A stretch of 64,000 nucleotides of DNA, taken from positions 352,001 through 416,000 of the forward strand of contig OY970176.1 of the NCBI GenBank assembly GCA_963707955.1, in the 5' to 3' direction. The stretch's first letter is position 1. Each line of letters begins with the position of its first letter. A model generated the notes under the pieces. It was given only the letters and a program-made list of their open reading frames with translations, made no database searches and was not told the origin of the DNA. Made by a program: the position numbers and the translations under genes. Shown piece by piece: positions 1 to 9,341 of this stretch. Source of the DNA: Candidatus Bathyarchaeota archaeon (GTDB lineage: Archaea > Thermoproteota > Bathyarchaeia > Bathyarchaeales > Bathycorpusculaceae).

Positions 1-825
1 TCAAACGTCCTTGCAGGCATGAAGCACTGTATTCCGGTGTTCGGAACAATGGCCCACTCTTACGTTATGTCCTTTGACCATGAAATCGATGCCTTCAGAA
101 CTTTCGCGAACACCTTTCCCGAAAACTCAACCCTCCTCATAGACACCTACGACGACCTGAAAGGCGCAGAAAACGCTGCGACCGTCGCATTGGAATTGCA
201 GGAAAAAGGGCAAAAATTGAGTGGGGTTCGACTCGATAGCGGCGACCTAGTGAACTTGAGCATCAAGGTCAGACACATCCTAGACGCTCATGGGCTTCAA
301 TACGTCAAAATCTTTGCAAGCGGAGACCTAGACGAATACGCGATCGAAGACCTCACGAAGAAAAAGGCCAAAATTGATGCATTCGGTGTGGGAACAAGAA
401 TGAGCACGTCCTATGACAGACCATACGTGGACGTCGTGTACAAGCTGTCGGGCAAAGTGGAGCATGGAGTGTTTGTTCCAGTGATGAAACTGAGCAAAGG
501 CAAGATAACCTTGCCTGGAAAGAAACAGATCTTCAGAAAGCGAAACAAGGAAGGAAGATACCTCAAGGATATTATAGGCCTGGAAAACGAGAAAGTCAAT
601 GGAGAACCTCTGCTGGTGGAGGTCATGAAGAAAGGCCGCATAACCTACGACGTCCCAAAGTTAGAAGAAACAAGAAGAGTCACCATACAGAACCTTTCGC
701 TGCTCCCAGACAAGTACAAGAAACTGGCAGGCGCCGCTTTGTATCCAGTCGAACTGAGCGCTGCGCTGAGAAAGATCAGGAATCAGTTGGAGAGGCAGCT
801 GAGGCGACAGGAGTACTCAGCTTGA
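1..825 (+). CDS. pncB: Nicotinate phosphoribosyltransferase (5'-truncated by window edge)
   Basis: Frame open from base 1 (SNVLAG); motifs GTMAHSYV, LLIDTYD, GVRLDSGDL, IFASGDLDE, FGVGT, VYKL. Confidence 0.93.
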   Translation, partial: SNVLAGMKHCIPVFGTMAHSYVMSFDHEIDAFRTFANTFPENSTLLIDTYDDLKGAENAATVALELQEKGQKLSGVRLDSGDLVNLSIKVRHILDAHGLQYVKIFASGDLDEYAIEDLTKKKAKIDAFGVGTRMSTSYDRPYVDVVYKLSGKVEHGVFVPVMKLSKGKITLPGKKQIFRKRNKEGRYLKDIIGLENEKVNGEPLLVEVMKKGRITYDVPKLEETRRVTIQNLSLLPDKYKKLAGAALYPVELSAALRKIRNQLERQLRRQEYSA

Positions 826-1026
826 CGCCAAATCCAGCGATGTTTTTCGGCCTTTTCTACGGCAGCTTGTTCGTCTAGAGTATTCATCTTGTCGTTCTCC
901 ATCGGAATCTTTCCGTCAAACTATGACAGTGCCTGTATCGCTTTCTTCTGCTGAGTAGACGATGTGGCGTAGATGTGGTGCAAGGGTCTAAGATGTGGCT
1001 TTGAAAAAGTCAACTGCGACTATGTC
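817..1026 (-). pseudogene. C-terminal remnant of an amidohydrolase (MTA/SAH deaminase-like)
   Basis: Minus strand reads DIVAVDF/SKPHLRPLHHIYAT...*FDGKIPMENDKMNTLDEQAAVEKAEKTSLDL with a frameshift and a stop; resembles the amidohydrolase C-terminal pattern PHLxP...VDGK.LME....TLDE. Confidence 0.55.
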
Positions 1027-1165
1027 AAAACTTCAAAGATGCAGCCGTAGAACGCAAGGATTCAGAAACTAACAAAAACTGTGCCGAGCAGCGTCTAACA
1101 TCTTCACTTTATGCTCCGTTGAGCCTTCTCGACCTTACTGACGAAATGAAAATGGAAGTGGGGGT

Positions 1166-1579
1166 TTAGATCATCGCTTTGGGTTCTTCAATTCTTCGCA
1201 GGAGAGGACGCAAGGCTGAGTGTGAGACATTTTCCTCTGCTGGTCCGTTCTTCAACATGACTGGGGAGCCTATTTTTCTGCATATGAAGTTGAGCGAATC
1301 TTCAGTGAAGTTCAGTAGGTTTTGTCCCTCAGTCGTTAGTTTGTACACTTTTCTGGGTCTTTCGGTGGACATCTCCCAGTCGCTCTTAACGAAACCTTTC
1401 TTTTCTAATGTTCCAAGTAAGGGGTAGATTGTGCTGGGTCCGAAATAGACTCCGAACGTCTTACGGATCTTAGTGATTATCTGGTATCCGTGCATCGGTT
1501 GTCCGTTGAGGAACTGGAGTATTATGAGGTCTAGAAGGCCTTTCATCAACTTTGTTTGAACTTCTTTTGAGTTGTTCAT
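1166..1579 (-). CDS. PadR-family transcriptional regulator
   Basis: KGLLDLIIL, PMHGYQI, GPSTIYPLLGTLEKKG, RPRKVYKLT; start taken at MNNSKE. Confidence 0.9.
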   Translation of the reverse strand: MNNSKEVQTKLMKGLLDLIILQFLNGQPMHGYQIITKIRKTFGVYFGPSTIYPLLGTLEKKGFVKSDWEMSTERPRKVYKLTTEGQNLLNFTEDSLNFICRKIGSPVMLKNGPAEENVSHSALRPLLRRIEEPKAMI

Positions 1580-1640
1580 TTCGAACACCTTTCTTTCTCT
1601 TGTATGCCTGTCCAACAGTTTGCCTGTTAGACGTGGCTAC

Positions 1641-1664
1641 GATATGTCTCTTACGAGACGTATC
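1641..1664. promoter_or_regulatory. Palindromic candidate operator between divergent PadR genes
   Basis: GATATGTCTC-TTAC-GAGACGTATC, 9/10 inverted repeat in the divergent intergenic region. Confidence 0.45.
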
Positions 1665-1824
1665 TTGAGTCTCTATATACACTAGACACGGATATAAACG
1701 TTGATGCGCATCCCAAACATAAAAAAGCATAAAGAAGCATACACAGCAACGTCAGCTTTTACGTAAGTCTAATAAACTCAGACATGAACCACTACAAAAT
1801 AAGCCACGGCTAGAACGTGAAAAA

Positions 1825-2151
1825 GTGGCGGAGATCTTCAGAAAGGAAATTGTACAACGCATCACCAGAAACTTGCTCGACATCCAGGTACTGAGGCTAG
1901 TTCAGACCGAACCCATGTGGGGCTACAAGATTAAAAAGCAGGCAGAAGCAAAATTCGGCGTAAGACTCAGGCATGGAGCACTCTATCCGCTTCTCAACGA
2001 ACTTGAACAAGAGAGCTTCATAATAGGCCAAAACCAGCGACAAGGTGGAAGAAAAAGAAGAGTGTACCAAATCACTAGGAAGGGCGAAGAGTACTTAGAA
2101 GCGTACAAAAGCGTTCTAAAACAACAGTTAGAAGGAAACGACACGAGATAG
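1825..2151 (+). CDS. PadR-family transcriptional regulator
   Basis: PMWGYKI, HGALYPLLNELE, RKRRVYQITRKG. Confidence 0.9.
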   Translation: MAEIFRKEIVQRITRNLLDIQVLRLVQTEPMWGYKIKKQAEAKFGVRLRHGALYPLLNELEQESFIIGQNQRQGGRKRRVYQITRKGEEYLEAYKSVLKQQLEGNDTR

Positions 2152-2190
2152 GTTCTACTTGGATGAGATTGATACTGTCCGGTTTTAAAT

Positions 2191-2634
2191 ATGACAAATA
2201 ATAGGCATGAGATCATGGGAACGCAGAAAAGTCAGAAAAAATCTGGAATGCTTGTGGAGGAACTGAAAGAAAGAAGCAGTAAAGCACTCGAACTTGCAAG
2301 GAAAGCAATTCTTGCTGAAAAAACACAGTGTGGAAAAGTGCTAGAAGCGTTAGAATACTACACTTTGCACTGAAACGACTTCACTCATCCTGGTTTTTTT
2401 TCAATAGCATGCGAGGCTATTGGCGCAGATCCAGATAGTGTTTTGCCAGTTCAGGCGGCCATAACGATGATGGCCGCGGCTTTTGACATTCACGACGACT
2501 TCATCGATGAATCAAAGGCAAAACATGGAGTCCTAACGGTTTTCGGAAAGTTTGGAAAGAACGTAGCTCTCCTTCTGGGGGAAGCCTTTCTGACAGAAGG
2601 TTTTACATGCCCGCTCTATAAAGAGCGACCGTAG
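2191..2634 (+). pseudogene. Truncated paralog of the downstream polyprenyl-synthase-like gene
   Basis: In-frame YYTLH*NDFTHPGFFSIACEAIG...AAAFDIHDDFID aligns with HYFSYWNDFSHPGIFSIACEAVG...AAAFDIHDDIVD; TGA at 2371-2373 replaces Trp; similarity ends near 2607. Confidence 0.85.
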
Positions 2635-2700
2635 AATAACCTCGGCCATGATGTTGAAGCAGTTAGCTCTTAAATAGAACTGGCAGTCAGAACTAGAGCC

Positions 2701-3699
2701 ATGAACCCCAAGAACAGCCACAAACAATCAGAAGCCATTATGAAGGAACTCAGCAGACGGAGCAGGGAATGCCAAGACTTTGTAAGAAAATCCTTGTTGT
2801 CCGAAAAAATTGAACACAAAGAACTCCGACACGCACTGGAGCACTACTTTTCATACTGGAACGATTTCAGCCACCCCGGAATCTTTTCAATAGCCTGCGA
2901 AGCCGTTGGAGAAGACCCCACCAATCAAATAGAAGGCCAAGTTGCGATGGCAATGCTGGCGGCAGCCTTCGACATACATGATGACATAGTCGATGGTTCA
3001 AAAGCCAAACATGGCTACCCGACAGTTTTCGGCAAATACGGGAAAAACATTGCACTTTTGCTAGGAAATGCGTTTATGATAGATGGCCTCACTTTAATGG
3101 GTAAGGCAGCCAGTAGTCTACCTCATGAGAAATCCAAACAGATCTTCACTGTCTTGAAGACCTCACTTTTTGAAGTTGGAAACGCTCATGCTTCGGAGCT
3201 CCGTCTTAGACGGAGATTGGATGCTTCTCCTGAAGAATACATGAAGATATTGCAGAAGAAGGCAGCAAGCATCGAGGTGGACATGCACGTTGCGGCTCTG
3301 CTTGGTGGAGGAAACTCCAGAGAGGCTGAAGAGTTGGCACGATACGGAGGGATTTTGGGAACATTGGCCACGCTAAGGGAGGAATTCATAGATATTTTCG
3401 AGATCGAAGAACTGAATCAACGGATTAAGGCTCAGGCTTTACCCATTCCTGTGTTGTATGCCTTCCAAGACAAAGAGTCAAGGAAAAAAGTAGAAAAACT
3501 CATAGATAAAGGCGAACTCACGAGCAAGGATGTCGAGAGGCTGCTTGATATTGTCTTGGAGTCAGAATCCGTGGAACGACTGCGAATGTATATGTCGGAT
3601 CTCGTGGCCAGAGCGAATGCAATAACAACTAACGTACGAAATGAAGCGACCAAGAGCCTCCTTAGAAGAATAGCAGCAAGCACTCTTGAGGACTTGTAA
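2701..3699 (+). CDS. Divergent polyprenyl synthetase / class I isoprenoid-synthase-fold protein
   Basis: First Asp-rich motif IHDDIVD; ALLLGN; KKAA; second motif altered to LREEFID. Confidence 0.75.
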   Translation: MNPKNSHKQSEAIMKELSRRSRECQDFVRKSLLSEKIEHKELRHALEHYFSYWNDFSHPGIFSIACEAVGEDPTNQIEGQVAMAMLAAAFDIHDDIVDGSKAKHGYPTVFGKYGKNIALLLGNAFMIDGLTLMGKAASSLPHEKSKQIFTVLKTSLFEVGNAHASELRLRRRLDASPEEYMKILQKKAASIEVDMHVAALLGGGNSREAEELARYGGILGTLATLREEFIDIFEIEELNQRIKAQALPIPVLYAFQDKESRKKVEKLIDKGELTSKDVERLLDIVLESESVERLRMYMSDLVARANAITTNVRNEATKSLLRRIAASTLEDL

Positions 3700-3869
3700 A
3701 ACCTATGAGGGCAAAGCCCTAAACAAGGGGAAAAGTCCTAACTGGAACCGTGCGCGCTTTCTGTTTCTTCACCTTTACCTTCATCTCAATCCCTCACAAT
3801 AATATCTGTTCAACACATCTACTACTTAAGAGTTTTTGTTGAACATGAATACTGCTGGAAAGTTAAGAA

Positions 3870-5117
3870 ATGTTTTATGTACAGAAATCATTCCTATATA
3901 GCGGGTCGCCGGGCCTTATGCACCAAGCGAGGATTTTCAAAACTAGAGTTCCAGTTAAGAAGTTCGCTCCGGTTCTCGTTCTAGTGCTCAACAGCGTAGT
4001 ATGGTACACGTTGACGATTGATTTGTTAGGCAACTATGTCAACCAAGATCTCTTAATCTTGGGGGTGCACTATGCAGGAATCGCTTTCGCAGCCATTGTG
4101 GGGGCATCATTGTTCAGGCGTTCAAGAGAAACTTGCCTTTTGTTATGGGCGCTTCTTGGGGCAGCCATGACCGCATTATTACCCGCTATTAGTAGTAGCA
4201 ACGTCCCAATCAGCATCTTGATATCGCTTCTGTTTGGGGCCTCCACAGGTATTGGTCTTCCATCATGCCTCGCATATTTCGCAGACGTGACAAACGTCGA
4301 AAACCGTGGAACCTACGGGGGGATTACATGGGGCACTGTTGGTTTCAGCGTCCTCGCACTTGCTTTGTTGATAAGCAGCCTTGGCACAGCCCAAGCGTTC
4401 GAAGTGCTTGCATTATGGAGATTTCTCGGTTTTGTCGCATTTTTCTGCCTGTCGAGGATTCAAGGGAAGATATTACTTGCTTCTCCCGTTCCCTCTTACC
4501 GCTCAATATTTGGCAGAAAAGACATGCTCCTGTATCTGCTTCCATGGGCTATGTTTTCACTAGTGAACTTCGCTGAAACGCCTATACTCAGGAATTCCTT
4601 TGGACCAAACGCTACTCTTGCTGGATTTGTCGAACTTGCAATATCGGGTTTTTTTGCAGTAGTTGGCGGAATACTGGCGGACATCGTAGGCCGAAAAAGA
4701 GTGATTATTACTGGCTTCGTCATTTTGGGTATCGAATACGCCGTTTTTGGCCTTTTCTCGGCAACCCAGGCGATTTGGTACGTGTATATGGTGTTTGATG
4801 GCATTGCTTGGGGGATGTTTGCTGCGGTTTTCTTCATGACAATGTGGGGAGATCTCGCAGACAACAATCAGAAGGAGAAATATTATCTTCTGGGAGGCCT
4901 TTCATATCTTCTCGCTAGTTTTCTTTCAGACGTCGTGACACCGTTCCTCGGCGTCATTCAAGCTGCCGCCGCGTTCTCATTGGCTAGCTTTTTCTTGTTC
5001 TTGGCTGTTTTGCCCCTGATGTATGCCCCTGAAACCTTGCCAGAGAAAAAGATCCGAGAAAGGGAACTCAGAGGCTATTTGGAAAAGGCGAAGAAAGTCA
5101 AAGAGAAATATGTTTAA
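3870..5117 (+). CDS. MFS transporter
   Basis: About 12 hydrophobic segments; GILADIVGRKR MFS motif A; start may be at ATG 3918. Confidence 0.85.
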   Translation: MFYVQKSFLYSGSPGLMHQARIFKTRVPVKKFAPVLVLVLNSVVWYTLTIDLLGNYVNQDLLILGVHYAGIAFAAIVGASLFRRSRETCLLLWALLGAAMTALLPAISSSNVPISILISLLFGASTGIGLPSCLAYFADVTNVENRGTYGGITWGTVGFSVLALALLISSLGTAQAFEVLALWRFLGFVAFFCLSRIQGKILLASPVPSYRSIFGRKDMLLYLLPWAMFSLVNFAETPILRNSFGPNATLAGFVELAISGFFAVVGGILADIVGRKRVIITGFVILGIEYAVFGLFSATQAIWYVYMVFDGIAWGMFAAVFFMTMWGDLADNNQKEKYYLLGGLSYLLASFLSDVVTPFLGVIQAAAAFSLASFFLFLAVLPLMYAPETLPEKKIRERELRGYLEKAKKVKEKYV

Positions 5118-5150
5118 GAACAGCTTGTTCTTTTCGTGGATGGAAGAGGC

Positions 5151-5360
5151 ACGTTCTTTCGCGCGATATTGACAACTGAGTTCAATCTGCGGTGCAAATA
5201 CCGTTTTGGCGAGGCGTAGAAGGATGTGGATGAGGACTTTTTTAATTTAAGTTGACTAGTCACTGCCAATGAGAACAAGCTCCAGTGGTGACTGGTTGGA
5301 TAAATTCTGCAGGAAAGACCCTAATTGCATCCTACCCTTTAACCTGGAGAGCCATTGTTC
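5151..5360 (+). pseudogene. Decayed 5' copy of the radical SAM gene at 7183
   Basis: FFRAILTTEFNLRCKYRFGEA*KDVDED...SLPMR...LDKFCRKDPNCIL../GEPL matches MFFHLILSTECNSKCRYCYGEAVDD...SLPRE...LDRFCRHDPDCVLTFYGGEPL. Confidence 0.8.
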
Positions 5361-5631
5361 TGTGCTGTTGAAATAAAGCGCGCGATAGAACTGGAAGAGT
5401 CGTCTTCTCCAGACTGTCAACGGCAAGGTTATCTTCATGCTCACATCAACCAGCGAGACTTACGACATTCTTCCTGTCTCAGAAGTCGGACTATTGTCCT
5501 CTCCAGCACAACATTTCCCTTTTCTTTCAAGTTCACATACTGGATGGCAACCATGACAAAGAGAAAATAGAAAAAGGCTTTTTGTCCTCATCATCCTATC
5601 ATATCAAAGTGAGAGAACGAACCTGCGACCA

Positions 5632-6831
5632 ATGGTGAAAATGATGGCGGAGAACGGAGTTATGCGGCATTTGAAGGAACTTTCTGTGACTATCGGTCCA
5701 AGGGGGCCCACTTCTCAAAACGAAAAGAAGGCTGGTGTGTATATAGAGCAAACTATGAAATCGACTGGAATGAGTGTGAATTCGGAGAGATTTGAGTCAA
5801 TAACCTCGTTCTCTTGGATTGTCGTCACATATGTTGTTCTTTTTGTGACAGCAGTAGTTGTCTTTCCAGCAAGCGCGCTAGTGGCGTTCCTCCTAGACTT
5901 GATGACGGTCGCAATCTTCCTAGAGGAGATGAACCTAAAACATGTTCTGTCAAGACTAATGCCAAAGGGAGAAAGCAGGAATATTATTGGAAAAATCATG
6001 CCGAAAAATACTCCAAAGAAACTAGTTGTTCTCACAGGACATTACGACTCAGCCAAACCTTTGCCATTTTTCCATCCTGCCATAGTAAGATATGTTGACC
6101 GTCTCGTTGTCGTTGCTTCGTTGTCAATGATCCTAACAACCGCATTGTACGGACTTGGAGCCTTGTTCCAGTTCTTGGCTCCTATGAAAATGTTCTCCGT
6201 CTATTTTTGGTATGCTTCATTTTCCTTTATGGGATATCTAGGCCTCATAGGTGGGGGTATGGCTTATGGTGAACTTTTCACCAAACCTACCAATGGGGCA
6301 AACGACAACGCCTCAGGAATCAGCGTGATTCTCAGCATCGGCGAAATCCTCTCAAAAGAACCGTTAAAACACACAGAGATTTGGTGCGTAGCAAGTGGCT
6401 GCGAAGAAGCTGGAACAGTTGGGATGAGACGGTTCCTCGATAAGCACGCGGCAACACTGAAAGACAGTTTTGTGTTCAGTGTCGACTGTGTTGGGATTGG
6501 AAACCTAAGATATGTCGTCAAAGAAGGACTATTAAAAACCATCAGCGTGCCTGAGGAACTAGTAAACCTTGTAAGCGAAACGGCATCCAAGAACCCTGAA
6601 CTGAAAGCCAGTCCGATATTTCTCAAATACAAGGCAAGTGATTCTTATCCTGCACTTTCAAGAGGGTTGAAAGCTACATGTATTATATCGGTAAACGAAA
6701 AGAACCTGCCTTTAAACTGGCACTGGCGAACCGATGTATATCAGAACATCGAAGAAAATGCCCTAAAGAAAGCGCGGAAATTCATGTTAGAAATTCTTAG
6801 AACAATCGACACTCCGCAACATAGTTGTTAA
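5632..6831 (+). CDS. M28-family metallopeptidase with membrane segments
   Basis: GHYDS, GANDNASG, GCEEAG, DCVG, WHW.TD zinc-ligand motifs; several TM helices. Confidence 0.85.
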   Translation: MVKMMAENGVMRHLKELSVTIGPRGPTSQNEKKAGVYIEQTMKSTGMSVNSERFESITSFSWIVVTYVVLFVTAVVVFPASALVAFLLDLMTVAIFLEEMNLKHVLSRLMPKGESRNIIGKIMPKNTPKKLVVLTGHYDSAKPLPFFHPAIVRYVDRLVVVASLSMILTTALYGLGALFQFLAPMKMFSVYFWYASFSFMGYLGLIGGGMAYGELFTKPTNGANDNASGISVILSIGEILSKEPLKHTEIWCVASGCEEAGTVGMRRFLDKHAATLKDSFVFSVDCVGIGNLRYVVKEGLLKTISVPEELVNLVSETASKNPELKASPIFLKYKASDSYPALSRGLKATCIISVNEKNLPLNWHWRTDVYQNIEENALKKARKFMLEILRTIDTPQHSC

Positions 6832-6971
6832 TACAGGTTCTTGCTTCCTACTGCAACCTGGACCGCGTGTTATCCATACTCAGTTTGACTCCTCTCCCTG
6901 TCTTCATCTAAAGTATGAAGTATTTAGGAATCTTTTGCCGCGCACTTGAAGCTCGTAGGGGTTGTTGGGTG

Positions 6972-7150
6972 GTTAACCCCTGTGTTGGAATAATTCAAAT
7001 AGCAACGGCGTTTTCTTGGGCTAGCATTTTCTTGTTTTCGGCTGTCTTGCCGTTAATGTACGCTCTGGAGACTTTGCCTGAAAAGAGGATTAGAAAGAGT
7101 TGAAGGAATACGTTGAGAGAGCGACGAAGGCTAAGCAGAAATATGCTTAA
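6972..7150 (+). pseudogene. Decayed 3' copy of the MFS gene
   Basis: GIIQIATAFSWASIFLFSAVLPLMYALETLPEKRIR/..LKEYVERATKAKQKYA* vs GVIQAAAAFSLASFFLFLAVLPLMYAPETLPEKKIRERELRGYLEKAKKVKEKYV*. Confidence 0.85.
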
Positions 7151-7182
7151 AGGCGAGTTTATTTCTTCTATGATATGAAATC

Positions 7183-8307
7183 ATGTTTTTCCATTTAATA
7201 CTGTCCACTGAATGCAATTCGAAGTGTAGGTATTGTTACGGTGAAGCGGTGGATGACATGGATGATGATTCTTGGGATGCTGAAGTTGATTATTCGCTGC
7301 CGCGAGAAATGAGCTACGATGTCAGTGTGCTAGATAGGTTTTGTAGGCACGATCCTGATTGTGTATTGACCTTCTACGGTGGAGAACCGCTGCTTTGCGT
7401 CGACTTGATCAGGCGAGTTATGGATGGTGTGAGAGCCAAGCTTTTCATGATCCAAACGAACGGTTTGCTCCTTGACCGCCTTGAACCAAGTTATGTTAAC
7501 CGTTTCCATACGATTCTGGTTTCGGTCGACGGTGATGAAAGCCTAACTGATTTCTACAGAGGAGAGGGCACCTTCAGGAAAGTTGTTGACAACCTAAGAC
7601 TGATAAAGCACAATGGTTTCGAAGGCGAACTCATCGCCAGAATGACGGTCATGGAAAACACTGATATTTACAAACAGGTGAGATGGCTTCTGGAGAACGA
7701 TGTGTTTCCTTTTTCTTCCGTTCACTGGCAGATAAACGCTGGGTTCTGGAAGAACGATTATGCACGGAGGGATTTCAAGAGGTGGAGCGAAGAAAGCTAC
7801 AACCCGGGCATACGAAAACTCGCTGAGTTCTGGGTTGATTGTATGGAAGAGAAAGGTGTTGTTCTCCGGCTCTATCCTTTGCTGGGTATTGCTCAGTCTA
7901 TTCTTTCGGGAGAAAAAGAAAGCCTCCTGCGCTGTGGAGGAGGATGGACAAACTATGCGATACAGACTGATGGCCATATCATTCCATGCCCAACGATGTG
8001 GGGAATGAAGGATTACTACCTGGGACACATCAGCACTGCTGACCCTTTAAAACTGAACAGAGTGTTTGTGGGCGAGCCGTGCACGAGGTGCAGCACTTTT
8101 GGTTTGTGTGGCGGCCGATGCTTGTATGCAAACGTATTGAAACGTTGGGGGTCTGAAGCCTATGGCCAAGTGTGCAAAACCGTGAAGAGCCTGATTGACG
8201 CAGTTTTGGACCAGCTGCCGAGGATACAGGAGCTTATTCATCATGGAAGGGTCAAGTTGAGAGACTTTGAATATGTCAAGTACAATGGTTGCGAAATAAT
8301 TCCGTAA
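7183..8307 (+). CDS. Radical SAM/SPASM protein (AF0577/TIGR04084-like)
   Basis: CNSKCRYC, FYGGEPL, QTNG; SPASM-type LRCGGG...DG.I.PCP...CTRC...CGGRC; C-terminal EIIP. Confidence 0.85.
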   Translation: MFFHLILSTECNSKCRYCYGEAVDDMDDDSWDAEVDYSLPREMSYDVSVLDRFCRHDPDCVLTFYGGEPLLCVDLIRRVMDGVRAKLFMIQTNGLLLDRLEPSYVNRFHTILVSVDGDESLTDFYRGEGTFRKVVDNLRLIKHNGFEGELIARMTVMENTDIYKQVRWLLENDVFPFSSVHWQINAGFWKNDYARRDFKRWSEESYNPGIRKLAEFWVDCMEEKGVVLRLYPLLGIAQSILSGEKESLLRCGGGWTNYAIQTDGHIIPCPTMWGMKDYYLGHISTADPLKLNRVFVGEPCTRCSTFGLCGGRCLYANVLKRWGSEAYGQVCKTVKSLIDAVLDQLPRIQELIHHGRVKLRDFEYVKYNGCEIIP

Positions 8308-8362
8308 CACGTCCTAAGATCTGAGAACTGTTATTAGGCAAACACCCGTAAATCGGTACAAG

Positions 8363-8698
8363 GTGAACCGTTTGTCTGTGACTCTTCGCGACGCTCAGCA
8401 TCTCTGCTGGAAAAACTTCAGGAAAATCAATGAGAAGCTCGACCCCGAAAGGGGCAGAGGTTGGACTCCGTTTGTGATGGTCACCGACCTTCTTGAGGAA
8501 GCAGGCGAAGTCGCTGCAGTGGTCAAGGGTTTGGAGAGGTTCAAGCCGCCAGAAAAACCCAAGACGAAGGATATGTTGGCCACTGAGCTTTCGGACCTTC
8601 TTTACATAATTTTCGTGTTGGCTGAGCATTATGGGATAGAGCTGGAAGAATCTTTTCTTCAGACTGTGAATGACTACATGCTGAGATTCATCAAGTAG
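8363..8698 (+). CDS. MazG-like nucleotide pyrophosphohydrolase
   Basis: LLEEAGEVA...ELSDLLYIIFVLAEHYGIELE. Confidence 0.85.
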   Translation: MNRLSVTLRDAQHLCWKNFRKINEKLDPERGRGWTPFVMVTDLLEEAGEVAAVVKGLERFKPPEKPKTKDMLATELSDLLYIIFVLAEHYGIELEESFLQTVNDYMLRFIK

Positions 8699-8857
8699 CC
8701 ATGTGCAAAGGTTTTCTAATGGAAGCTGCTGATTGCCATCCCTGTTTTTCATGGGAAAATGTTAGTTTTCCACGTCTCGCGCCCATGTGCAACATCTGAT
8801 TCTTTCAACATTCATCAAACAGCCTCAAAAAGTCAAATTATGACAAAAAGCATTGCT

Positions 8858-8998
8858 GGAGCGCAGGGTTTGATCGAGTGTGCTGTGGGGAAGCCCTCCA
8901 TTTGAGGGGGAAGGTTAAGCGAAGCTTGACGGGCGATAGACACGTGCAGATTCCTTGTCCTGTTTCCAACTTCTTGAATTCGGCCTGAATCCTGCTCC
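8858..8998 (+). ncRNA. Candidate structured RNA of unknown family
   Basis: Closing stem GGAGC(GC)AGGGTTT/GAATCCTGCTCC, inner stems, hairpins CCCTC/GAGGG and GTTAAGC-GAA-GCTTGAC; several G-U pairs favour the + strand. Confidence 0.4.
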
Positions 8999-9080
8999 TT
9001 TTCCGAATCAGGAGTTAGAATCTCTGAGGGATAAGTTATTTATGTCTATTCATCGCTATTTTGTTTTTGGAGATGAGTGG

Positions 9081-9341
9081 TTGACTGAAGAAAACGTCGT
9101 CGAAGTGGGACAGATAACGCATTTTTTCCCAAAGATCAGCGTCGCTGTCATCGAACTCAGGAAACCTTTGAAGGTTGGCGACACCATAGCTGTAAAGGGT
9201 CCAACAACGGATTTTGAACAGCCTGTTGAGTCGATGCAGATCGAGCACAAGGACGTTCAGAAGGCCGAAGCAGGGCAAAGCATCGGCTTAAGAGTTGCCC
9301 AACGCGTAAGAGAAACAGACTTAGTGTACAAGAAGCTGTAG
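9081..9341 (+). CDS. Small beta-barrel protein (translation-factor-like / peptidase U32 C-terminal-like)
   Basis: VGQITHFFPKISVAVIEL...LKVGDTI..KGPTTDFEQ.VESMQIEH...GQSIG; TTG start after GGAGATGA. Confidence 0.75.
   Translation: MTEENVVEVGQITHFFPKISVAVIELRKPLKVGDTIAVKGPTTDFEQPVESMQIEHKDVQKAEAGQSIGLRVAQRVRETDLVYKKL

Noticed and set aside
2371-2373. In-frame TGA at a Trp position (stop recoding or selenocysteine)
   Set aside because: The gene is also truncated downstream, the aligned residue is Trp rather than Cys, and TGA ends many normal genes here; a TGG-to-TGA nonsense mutation is simpler.
8858-8998. SRP RNA or RNase P RNA
   Set aside because: Too short, and it lacks the SRP helix-8 motif and the RNase P CR-I/CR-V motifs.
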